A stretch of 53,962 nt of DNA, from positions 1-53,962 of the forward strand of contig WFOD01000015.1 in NCBI GenBank assembly GCA_015488275.1, written 5' to 3'. The notes under the pieces were generated by a model that did no database searches, was not told where the DNA came from, and saw only the letters and a program-made list of their open reading frames with translations. This DNA is from Deltaproteobacteria bacterium. GTDB lineage: Bacteria; Desulfobacterota; Desulfobulbia; Desulfobulbales; S012-135. The translations under genes and the position numbers were made by a program. This document shows, in pieces, positions 1 to 9,502 of the stretch. Every line of letters begins with the position of its first letter. The stretch's first letter is position 1.

Positions 1-32
1 CAGACGGCCTGCCCCCTGACGAAGAGGAGGCC

Positions 33-1157
33 ATGCCCGGCGGCATGGATGACGCGGACAACGCGGCCGGCTTCCCAGAAACAGATGAAGAACGAAAAGG
101 GGAAGCGGAACAAGAAGTAGAGCAGGAAGAAATCCTTGAAATCGACGACGATCAGCAGATCGTCCTGGCTGACGAATCCTCTGATGAGGACGAAGACGAT
201 GCCGATGAGATCATCGAAATCGATGACGACCAACAGGTCGCCCCGGTGGCCGAGGACGGGGAAAGCCAGCGTCCGCGCAATCTCTTCGACGCCCTGGCCG
301 AATACCTTGATCCTGAGCAGGCGCTTACTGACGAGACGCAAGACACGCTTGACGAAACCGAGGAGGAGTATCTCGCCAAGCTCCTTTCCCGCTTCACGCC
401 GCGGTTCATCGCTATTCCGGCCGGTCGCTACCGCGTGGGCAGCGACCGGCCGGGCCCGTTCGAGCGGGCTGCCGAATGGGTGGAGCTACCTGCCTTCCAC
501 ATCGGGCAAACGCCAGTCACCAACGACCTTTTCGACCTCTTCGTGCGGGAGACCGGCTACATCACCCAGGCGGAAGAAGAAGGTTTTGCCATGGTTTTTC
601 ACGGCAGGTTTCAAGAAGCGCACACTTCTGGGGGACGCCGTGTCTTGCGCCTCGGCGGCGGACGGCAGATGACGCGGGTGGCCGGTGCAGACTGGCGCCA
701 TCCTGAGGGGCCCCAGAGCTCGATCATCGGCCGGCACGATCATCCCGTGGTGCAGGTGAGCCGCCGCGACGCGCTCGCCTTTGCCGCCTGGGCGGGCAAA
801 CGCTTACCATCAGAAGAGGAATGGGAGGCCGCCATCCGCGGCCCCCAGGCCCTTCCCTATCCTTGGGGGGAAACATGGCGGGACGACACAGCCACGTTAG
901 AGTCCTCGCTTACCGGCTCCACCACGCCGGTCACCGCCCACCATCCCCACGGGGCGAGCCCCTTTGGTGTCTTGGACGGCATTGGCAACGTTTATGAATG
1001 GACAGGATCGTTGTGGCGCGCCGCTGGCGGTCAGCGCGTCCTGGCCATCCTCAAGGGCGGCGCCTGGGTCACTCCGCCGCCCATAGCCGCTTGGCACCGA
1101 CTCGTGGAAGACGAAAATTTCCGCGCCAACACCATAGGGTTCCGCTGCGCGGTATGA
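33..1157 (+). CDS. FGE/SUMF1-sulfatase-domain protein with hyper-acidic repeated N-terminal region
   Basis: The C-terminal ~250 aa carry formylglycine-generating-enzyme family hallmarks (IPAGRYRVGSD, HPVVQVSRRDALAFAAWAGKRLPSEEEWE, GNVYEWTG, LKGGAW, FRCA). ATG 33 follows GAGGAGG, but the frame stays open to nt 3 (..PPDEEEA), so the gene may start upstream of the window. Confidence 0.8.
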   Translation: MPGGMDDADNAAGFPETDEERKGEAEQEVEQEEILEIDDDQQIVLADESSDEDEDDADEIIEIDDDQQVAPVAEDGESQRPRNLFDALAEYLDPEQALTDETQDTLDETEEEYLAKLLSRFTPRFIAIPAGRYRVGSDRPGPFERAAEWVELPAFHIGQTPVTNDLFDLFVRETGYITQAEEEGFAMVFHGRFQEAHTSGGRRVLRLGGGRQMTRVAGADWRHPEGPQSSIIGRHDHPVVQVSRRDALAFAAWAGKRLPSEEEWEAAIRGPQALPYPWGETWRDDTATLESSLTGSTTPVTAHHPHGASPFGVLDGIGNVYEWTGSLWRAAGGQRVLAILKGGAWVTPPPIAAWHRLVEDENFRANTIGFRCAV

Positions 1158-1256
1158 ACCTTCATGGTTTTCCAACTTCTTTGTTTGTGATGTTGCCCGG
1201 GCTTTGGGCAACGGGTGGTGGACACAATCATTCGGAGTTGCTCCGTCATATTTGTG

Positions 1257-1292
1257 GGGGCAAATCACCCTGCAAGGTGGGGCAATCACCCC
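1257..1292 (+). promoter_or_regulatory. Tandem direct repeat GGGGCAA(A)TCACCC x2, candidate upstream activator site
   Basis: ggggcaaatcaccc (1257-1270) and ggggcaatcacccc (1279-1292) are each preceded by gtg(g). They lie about 100-130 nt upstream of the sigma-54-like element at 1389. Confidence 0.3.
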
Positions 1293-1388
1293 TCTCCCGC
1301 CAAGGCCCCCAGAGGACAGCCGCAGATAACGGATGATAACTCCTCCAAATCAGGCTCTCTTTTCCACGCCTGGGACAAAACACTCAAT

Positions 1389-1404
1389 TGGCATAAAAAA
1401 TGCT
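1389..1404 (+). promoter_or_regulatory. Candidate sigma-54 (-24/-12) promoter for the giant cytochrome gene
   Basis: TGGCATaaaaaaTGCT has GG and GC separated by 10 nt, as in the TGGCACG-N4-TTGC consensus. It lies 238 nt upstream of ATG 1642, and rpoN is present in the window. Confidence 0.4.
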
Positions 1405-1641
1405 TAAACGGGGACTGTCATAATTGACCGCTTCGGCCGGTTTTCGTGAGGAACGCATTGAGGGACCCCCTGCTGGCCAATAAAAGGACGGCCGGCGGCC
1501 CTGGCTTGCCGGTCCGGCAAAGGCGGTGGCGGACGTTTGTTCGCCAATGCCTGCGACCAAATATAGGGCGGGGCGGAAAGAGGAAAAGGCGAAACGGGGA
1601 GGGCCCGTTTCCGGCACTTCGGTTTGGAGAGGGTTTGAAAG

Positions 1642-4600
1642 ATGGGTAAATCGGGCTGGATCGCGGGAGTGTTCGTGGCGGGTGCGGTGTTGTCGGCGAC
1701 GCTGGCGCAGGCGTCGTTTTTGAATGCGCCGCACAACGAGGCAAACAATCTGACGTGTAAGAGTTGTCACGAGTACCCATTCGATTCGTGGCCAGGATAC
1801 GTCCCGGATCCGACGAATCCGGACGACACGGTGAAGAACTTCATCTGTCTCCGCTGCCACAACGCCGCGAACCCGAACCCAGCCTATCCCAACGCCCCTG
1901 GAAAAAATCTTCATTCCAGCCAATCGTTGCAGGGAAACCACCAGAACTGGACAACACAGTGCGTGGACTGTCACGATCCGCATTTCCAGGCCCAGCTCCA
2001 ATACTTCCAGACCGATCCCGCTCAGCTCTATCTCGTCACCGGCTCCTACCTGAACGTCAGCGTGGACACCACGACCACGCCGCCGACCTCCACGATCACC
2101 TATTCCCTGCAATCAAGCGCCGCCAACTGGAGCAATCCTGCGACGTGGCCGGCGAAAACAGAGGCGGGCCGGGGCCTGATTCTGGTGGCGGACACGGCGA
2201 ACCCCTATGACACCTTCGAAGTCGTCGCCGCCGACGCCACCACCATCACCGTGACCGGCGATCTTTCTCAGGTCACCCAGGGCGCCAGCTTCGGCCTCAT
2301 CTACGGGCAATTGGTCCGTTCCAAAGTCCAAGTGCCCGCGACCCTGGGCAGCGGCGAGAACACGACGAAATTCTTCAACCCGTTCGGTGGGTTTACCAAT
2401 ACCACAACGCCGGACGGCATCTGCCAGGTGTGCCATACGGCGACCCTGCACTGGCGGAGCGACGGGACCCTGGCGGACCACAACATCGGCAGCAAATGCA
2501 CCGGTTGCCATACCGCGGCCTCAGGGTTCAAGGCGAATTTCCCGAACCATACGTGGCTGTTGAAGGGAGGAACCACCTGCGAGGCGTGTCATGACCCGAA
2601 TGGAACGGCGGATATCGTCGCCGAGATCCACAAGGGCAAATGCGCGGACTGCCATAACGTGCCCAATTACGCCTCGCTGCGCACCGGGGTGAACGGCGAC
2701 GCCACGCTGCACGGCCCGGTGGGGCAAGGGAACACTTCGACCTGTACGGTCTGTCATGATCCCACGGTGTACCCGGCCTCGACCTTCCACCATGCGACGG
2801 TCAACGCCCAGAACGGCAACTGCGCCTTCTGTCACAGCGGCGCCACGGCGGCTGATCACACCACAATGGTGGCCGATTACGTGAACTGCGCCAATTGCCA
2901 TGCGGCGAACGTGGGGAGCGTGTCGGGCGCTCCGGTGGATCCGGCGAACAACCGGGTACATGACGCTTGCACCACCTGCCACAAGACTGACGGCAGCCTG
3001 AAGGCGCTTGCCGACCTGACGCGCGGGATCGTGGTGGCGATGCCGGCAGGAGGAACGGCGTCCAACGACGGCGGCGGCGACTGCTCGGCCTGCCACGGCG
3101 AGTACTTCCCGCAGCATACCCACCACTTCGCTGCCACCAACGACGTGAGCTTTGATCCGACGGTGGATACCTCGCAGCCGGGTATGCAGCCGTGTTCGGA
3201 CTGCCACCGCGACTACGACAGTATCAACGGCACCACCCTTGGGTTCTCAACCTTCACCCAGATTCTATGGGAGCACGACACCGATGGCGTGAAGGACGGC
3301 TCGACCAACACCTGTGACAACTGCCACAACTACGACGGCTCCAAATCAGCCCCCCTTGCCGATGTGCAGAACGCCATTGGCTCGGGCAACCCGGCGACCT
3401 GCGCCACCTGTCATACGGACAAGGTGCCCAACGTCTCCCACGGCGGACATCCGGACACCGACTTCGGCTGGGCGGGCAACTGCATCGACTGCCACGACAC
3501 CGATGCGGACCCGGCGACCAAGCCGGCGGTGATCTCGGTGATCCACGGCAACAACTGCGCCACCTGCCACGTGTCGCCCTCCACCGGCGACTACACCCGC
3601 AGGGCGGGCGATCCGGCCAACGGCGTGGACGGTGACGCGACCCTGGTGGACGGCGTGACCTGGACGCGCGCCAACTCCACCTGTCTGACCTGCCATCCGG
3701 ACGGCTCCACCCAGACCGGCCGGGCGACCATCCATCACGACTCGAAGAGCGGGTATGCTGCGGCGGGCAACTGCGCGGCCTGTCACACCTCCACCGGCCA
3801 CGAGGGTGACCACTCGGCCCGTGTGGCCCTGTACGCCAACTGCGCCAACTGCCATACCGGCACCGAGGGCGCGGCCAACGGCATGGTGGTGGATGCGGCC
3901 AACGCCAGGAAGCACGACGACTGCGTGACCTGCCACAAGACCGACGGCAGCCTGAAGACGCTCGCCGATCTGACCCGCGGGATCGTCACCGCCATGCCGG
4001 CGGGCGGCGGCGACTGCTCGGCCTGCCACGGCGAGTACTTCCCGAACCACCAGAACATCGACCACGCCACCAGCCGGGTGACGGTGAGCGCCAACTGCGC
4101 CAACTGCCACGACGCGGTGGCCGGCGGCACGGCGCCGGACGCCATCACCCCGCCGTTCACCGCCACGGGTGAGGCGCACGCCACGGCGGGATGTGCGACC
4201 TGTCACCAGGCGAACGGCGCCTTGGTGGCGCCCACGGCCACGGCTCCGGGTATCGCCGCCGGCGGCGGCGACTGCGAGACCTGCCACGGCGCCTACTTCC
4301 CGCAGCACCAGGCCGCCAACCATACGGCGAAGATCGCGGACACCGCGAACTGCAACACCTGCCATACCGCGACCGCAGGCACGGCGACCGGCGCGCCGGT
4401 CTCGAACACCGACCCGATGGTGCACGACGGTTGCGCCACCTGCCACGACACCACAACAGGCCTGCTCCTGTCGGTGAGCGCGGCCAACGATCCGAACACT
4501 GCGGCGTCGGTGAGCGCCATGACGGCCGGTGACTGCAACACCTGCCACGGCGCCTACTTCCCGAGCCACCAGAACGCGGACCATACGACGCGGGTGATGG

Positions 4601-7443
4601 CGAGCGCCAACTGCGCCAACTGCCACGACGCAGTGGCCGGCGGCACGGCGCCGGACGCCATCAGCACGCCGTTCACTGCGGCGGGCGAGGTGCACGCGCT
4701 CTCCGGCTGCGCCACCTGCCACAACACGACCAACGGCGCGCTGCTGGCAGCCTACGGCAAAGCGGTGGCGATCACGGTCGGCGACTGCGAGACTTGCCAC
4801 GGCCAGTACTTCCCGCAGCACCAGAGTCCGGACCATTCGGCCAAGGTTGCTGGAGTGACGCCGTGTATTGACTGCCACACCGCCACCGCGGGCACGGCCA
4901 CCGGCATCCCGACCTCGGCCACGGACGCCAAGGTGCACGACGGTTGCGCCACTTGCCACAACACGACCACTGGGCTTTTGCTGTCGCAGGCGGCGGCCAA
5001 CGTCAACGGCTACCTGACCTATGGCACGGCAATGGCGGCGGGCGACTGCTCGACCTGCCACGGCAACTACTTTGACCACCACGTGCACGGGACCACGGGC
5101 GGATACGTGAGCCACGACGTGGCCTTTAACGCCACACTCGATCTTGGACAGGCGGATTCGCAGCCGTGCGCGAACTGTCACAACGACGCCGGGCTCGCCT
5201 CACCGCTCTCCACCTGGGATGCGATCAAGACCGAGCACGCCACCGTGGGTGGCGCGGCGCAGGCGAGCGCGTGCGCCACGTGCCACTTCTACGCCACCAA
5301 CGGCAACCAGTCCGGCGATCCAGACACGCCGCCTCTGACCACGGTGCAGTCCACGATCGCCACCGGCACGGGCGTTCACTGCCTGACCTGCCACACGCCT
5401 AAAGCCGCGCCAGCCACGCACGGCGGACATCCGACGGACTTCGGCAAGTCGGCGGTGTGCACCACCTGCCATACCGGCGCCAACGTGGTGGCGGACATCC
5501 ACAACAACAACTGTGCAAACTGCCACAACGGCACGCCGAGCGCGAGCACGGAGAAGGTGGGCGACCGCGGTCTGGGTGACGCCACCCTGGCCAACGGCAC
5601 CGCGGCGTCGAACAACTGGGCCAACGTCAACTGCCTGACCTGCCACGGCGCGGGATACATGGAGGTGGTGACCGCAGAGGGCGCGGGCGGCAACCTGAGC
5701 GTGACGACCTACGGTGGCAAGCACCACCTGAACGCCCACGCCCAGGGCGGTGACTGCGACTGGTGCCACGACGATCCGCGGCGGGCGCCGGCCACCGACT
5801 GGGAGAGCACCTTCGGCGTCTCCGGCCCGGCAAGCCTGCCCAAGCAGCTCGCCTGCATCGAGTGCCACGTCCAGGGCGGCTATAACAACCAGGCCAGCGG
5901 CCTGCAGATCAACGAGCTGGCCTACCAGTGGTCCAACGGCAACCCGAACAGCGGCTATCTGACCGGGCTGCAGACGGTGAAGACGATCCACAGCATCACC
6001 TCCACCTCCGGCCAGCCGATCCAGGTGTACAACTATGGCATCTGCCTCGGCTGTCACAACGACACCCAGAAGGGCCGGCCGGTGAACGTGTACCACGCGC
6101 GGCCGGTGGCTGCTGACATGCACCTGAGCGGTCAGGACACGGCGGACAAGTCCAACGGCGGCGACGAGATCTGGAGCCACACCCAGTACGCGCAGTTGCA
6201 CGATCAGTTGCCGTGGCCGAACACCTTCAAACGGTTCGGCGACGGGGTGTGGGACGCGGCCTCGGGTGGTATCGCTGACCTGAAGACCGCCTACGGCAAG
6301 CGGTACGATACGGGCTCGAAACCGGGCAAGAACTGGAAGAACAACTTCAACAAGCCAGGCGCGCCGTCGGCGCCGTACAACCAGACGGTGACCATCCCGT
6401 GCAACAGCAACACCAACGACTGGGAGGGCCAGTGCGGCCAGGTCGGTTCGGCCAACTCGGTGCAGGTGCCCTACTTCAGTGACATCGCGCCTCCGGGACC
6501 CTTCGGGCCGACGGCGGTGAGCGACTCGTACACGGTGAACATCAACAGCAGCAACAACTCGCTGGCGGTGATGGGCAACGACTCGGGTTCGGGCATCAGC
6601 CTGCAGTCGGTGGGCGCCGCCTCCCACGGCACCACGGCCATCAGCGGCAACAACGTCCTCTACACGCCGACCGCGGGCTACACCGGCGCCGACTCGTTCT
6701 CCTACACCATCGTTGATTCGTCGAACCAGACGGCCTCGGCCACGGTGTCGATCACCGTGGTCGATCCCAGCGCCAACCAGCCGCCGGCCTTCGGCCAGGC
6801 GAGCTACACCCTGGCCAACGCGACGGAGAACAGCGCCTACAGTGTCTCCATCGCCGGCTACGCCACCGATCCGGAGGGTGATCCCATCAGCTACTCCATG
6901 TCGGGCGGCACCTGCGCCTGGGCCTCGGTGACCGCTGACGGCACGGTCTCTGGCACGCCGGGCACGGCCGACGTGGGAAGCTGCACCATCACCGCGGTGG
7001 CCACGGCCACGGGTGGCAGCGATACCGCGACCCTCAACATCACGGTGGACGCCGCCGGTGCCGGCTGGCCGCCCAACCCGAGCTGGTCTGGCAACATCAC
7101 CCAGCGGACCGACAAGACTTCGTACTGGGACCGCTCCCGCGATCCGGACCGGCTGCGGCTCTACATCCGGGTCGACAACGAGGGCACGCCGACCATGCGG
7201 CTGCGCGACGCCAGTGGCAACAACGTGGATATCGCCTGCACCGACGACGGAGCGCCGGACTGGCGGTGCACCCTGGAGGACAACAACCTCTACAACGCCG
7301 GCTACTCCAACACCATCGTGGTCTTCACCGGCGCCAACCTGGGCGACGGGTCCTGGCTGACCTACACGATCAACGACTGGGCGAACACCCAGGACCCGCT
7401 CTGCCCAGACTCTGATCCCGGCTGCTCCGGCAACAACAACTGA
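1642..7443 (+). CDS. Giant secreted multiheme c-type cytochrome (43 CxxCH motifs) with C-terminal cadherin-like and Ig-like domains
   Basis: 1,933-aa ORF starting at an ATG downstream of GGAGAGG. It has a signal peptide (MGKSGWIAGVFVAGAVLSATLAQA/SF). I counted 43 CxxCH motifs between about nt 1758 and 6060. The non-heme C-terminus has a cadherin-like repeat (about 6514-6765, ..YTPTAGYTGADSFSYTIVDSSNQTASATVSITV) and a He_PIG-like Ig repeat (about 6780-7050, ..ATDPEGDPISYSMSGG..VTADGTVSGTPG..). Confidence 0.95.
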   Translation: MGKSGWIAGVFVAGAVLSATLAQASFLNAPHNEANNLTCKSCHEYPFDSWPGYVPDPTNPDDTVKNFICLRCHNAANPNPAYPNAPGKNLHSSQSLQGNHQNWTTQCVDCHDPHFQAQLQYFQTDPAQLYLVTGSYLNVSVDTTTTPPTSTITYSLQSSAANWSNPATWPAKTEAGRGLILVADTANPYDTFEVVAADATTITVTGDLSQVTQGASFGLIYGQLVRSKVQVPATLGSGENTTKFFNPFGGFTNTTTPDGICQVCHTATLHWRSDGTLADHNIGSKCTGCHTAASGFKANFPNHTWLLKGGTTCEACHDPNGTADIVAEIHKGKCADCHNVPNYASLRTGVNGDATLHGPVGQGNTSTCTVCHDPTVYPASTFHHATVNAQNGNCAFCHSGATAADHTTMVADYVNCANCHAANVGSVSGAPVDPANNRVHDACTTCHKTDGSLKALADLTRGIVVAMPAGGTASNDGGGDCSACHGEYFPQHTHHFAATNDVSFDPTVDTSQPGMQPCSDCHRDYDSINGTTLGFSTFTQILWEHDTDGVKDGSTNTCDNCHNYDGSKSAPLADVQNAIGSGNPATCATCHTDKVPNVSHGGHPDTDFGWAGNCIDCHDTDADPATKPAVISVIHGNNCATCHVSPSTGDYTRRAGDPANGVDGDATLVDGVTWTRANSTCLTCHPDGSTQTGRATIHHDSKSGYAAAGNCAACHTSTGHEGDHSARVALYANCANCHTGTEGAANGMVVDAANARKHDDCVTCHKTDGSLKTLADLTRGIVTAMPAGGGDCSACHGEYFPNHQNIDHATSRVTVSANCANCHDAVAGGTAPDAITPPFTATGEAHATAGCATCHQANGALVAPTATAPGIAAGGGDCETCHGAYFPQHQAANHTAKIADTANCNTCHTATAGTATGAPVSNTDPMVHDGCATCHDTTTGLLLSVSAANDPNTAASVSAMTAGDCNTCHGAYFPSHQNADHTTRVMASANCANCHDAVAGGTAPDAISTPFTAAGEVHALSGCATCHNTTNGALLAAYGKAVAITVGDCETCHGQYFPQHQSPDHSAKVAGVTPCIDCHTATAGTATGIPTSATDAKVHDGCATCHNTTTGLLLSQAAANVNGYLTYGTAMAAGDCSTCHGNYFDHHVHGTTGGYVSHDVAFNATLDLGQADSQPCANCHNDAGLASPLSTWDAIKTEHATVGGAAQASACATCHFYATNGNQSGDPDTPPLTTVQSTIATGTGVHCLTCHTPKAAPATHGGHPTDFGKSAVCTTCHTGANVVADIHNNNCANCHNGTPSASTEKVGDRGLGDATLANGTAASNNWANVNCLTCHGAGYMEVVTAEGAGGNLSVTTYGGKHHLNAHAQGGDCDWCHDDPRRAPATDWESTFGVSGPASLPKQLACIECHVQGGYNNQASGLQINELAYQWSNGNPNSGYLTGLQTVKTIHSITSTSGQPIQVYNYGICLGCHNDTQKGRPVNVYHARPVAADMHLSGQDTADKSNGGDEIWSHTQYAQLHDQLPWPNTFKRFGDGVWDAASGGIADLKTAYGKRYDTGSKPGKNWKNNFNKPGAPSAPYNQTVTIPCNSNTNDWEGQCGQVGSANSVQVPYFSDIAPPGPFGPTAVSDSYTVNINSSNNSLAVMGNDSGSGISLQSVGAASHGTTAISGNNVLYTPTAGYTGADSFSYTIVDSSNQTASATVSITVVDPSANQPPAFGQASYTLANATENSAYSVSIAGYATDPEGDPISYSMSGGTCAWASVTADGTVSGTPGTADVGSCTITAVATATGGSDTATLNITVDAAGAGWPPNPSWSGNITQRTDKTSYWDRSRDPDRLRLYIRVDNEGTPTMRLRDASGNNVDIACTDDGAPDWRCTLEDNNLYNAGYSNTIVVFTGANLGDGSWLTYTINDWANTQDPLCPDSDPGCSGNNN
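2877..3135 (+). repeat. Intragenic 3-heme module, dispersed copy 1 (CANCH..HDxCxTCHKTDGSLKxLADLTRGIV..GDCSACHGEYFP)
   Basis: Visually about 85% identical at DNA level to 3826-4083, e.g. tgccacaagactgacggcagcctgaagg (2977..) versus tgccacaagaccgacggcagcctgaaga (3934..). Confidence 0.8.
3826..4083 (+). repeat. Intragenic 3-heme module, dispersed copy 2
   Basis: Paralogous to 2877-3135. It shares the string ggcgactgctcggcctgccacggcgagtacttcccg with 3074-3109. Confidence 0.8.
4084..4602 (+). repeat. Intragenic tandem super-repeat, copy 1 (519 nt, 173 aa, 6 hemes)
   Basis: Starts gtgagcgccaactgcgccaactgccacgacgcggtggccggcggcacggcgccggacgcc. The next copy starts 519 nt later with near-identical sequence. 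Confidence 0.85.
4603..5121 (+). repeat. Intragenic tandem super-repeat, copy 2
   Basis: Starts gcgagcgccaactgcgccaactgccacgacgcagtggccggcggcacggcgccggacgcc. GDCxxCHGxYF module borders recur at 4009, 4267, 4528, 4780 and 5041 (spacing 252-261 nt). Confidence 0.85.
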
Positions 7444-7462
7444 AAGACGGGATCAAACCAAG

Positions 7463-7578
7463 CCGTATCTGGTCACAGGGCACCCCATCTGCGGCGTCAT
7501 CGGCACGCTTGCGTAGCTCCCAGTACGCGGCGCGTGCCTCTTCCTTGCATCTGGGGCGCCCTGCAACCAGATACCCGG
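7463..7578. repeat. Inverted pair of GGTCAC-RGGG family repeats (about 28-nt arms, about 55-nt spacer)
   Basis: Left arm ccgtatctggtcacagggcaccccatctg (7463-7491). The right arm catctggggcgccctgcaaccagatacccgg (7548-7578) is its imperfect reverse complement. The spacer holds a nested ggcacgc/gcgtgcc pair. Confidence 0.75.
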
Positions 7579-7607
7579 TCCGCGAGGTCGCGACTTCGGC
7601 ATACGAA

Positions 7608-7630
7608 GGAGCACCCCCCTGACCAGTTAC
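7608..7630 (-). repeat. GGTCAC-RGGG family repeat, degenerate copy
   Basis: ggagcacccccctgaccagttac has the reverse complement gtaactggtcaggggggtgctcc. Confidence 0.5.
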
Positions 7631-7708
7631 ACCAAGCCGGGCGGCCTGATGCAAGCGGGCCGACCAAAGGGCAAGAGCCAGGGCTGTTGGTGACGGCGAC
7701 AGCCTGAA

Positions 7709-9298
<1,590 letters not shown>

Positions 9299-9450
9299 GA
9301 CCACCTCGTGCGACAGGGACCGCCTCCCTTTGCGGCCATGCGCCAGCCGGGGGGAGGGGAAGAAACGCCCGATGGACGGAACATCCATCCTTTCATCATA
9401 GCACGCCCGTCGCGGCGGGTGATAGGAATTTGCTCTCGCCAGTCCAGCGC

Positions 9451-9487
9451 GGGACAGGGGAGGGAACAGAGGGAGAGGAGGGAGGGG
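9451..9487. repeat. Polypurine (plus strand) / polypyrimidine (minus strand) tract
   Basis: gggacaggggagggaacagagggagaggagggagggg lies just downstream of the aroB stop on the transcribed minus strand. Confidence 0.8.
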
Positions 9488-9502
9488 CGTGGGCTCTGCG
9501 GT

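Noticed and set aside
1405-1641. Cyclic-dinucleotide (GEMM-type) riboswitch in the cytochrome leader, as known upstream of some Geobacter cytochrome genes
   Set aside because: I could not find the conserved GEMM core elements (paired GNRA tetraloop and receptor helices with the ACGCAAAGC-like segment). Only generic GC-rich hairpins are visible. An Rfam covariance-model scan would be needed to decide.
3346-6627. 611-aa and 475-aa minus-strand ORFs (3346-5181, 5200-6627) antisense to the cytochrome gene
   Set aside because: Their products are Arg/Gly/Val/Ala-rich mirror images of the Cys/His/Thr/Ala codons of the plus strand. The plus-strand frame carries 43 regularly spaced CxxCH motifs, which cannot be coincidental.
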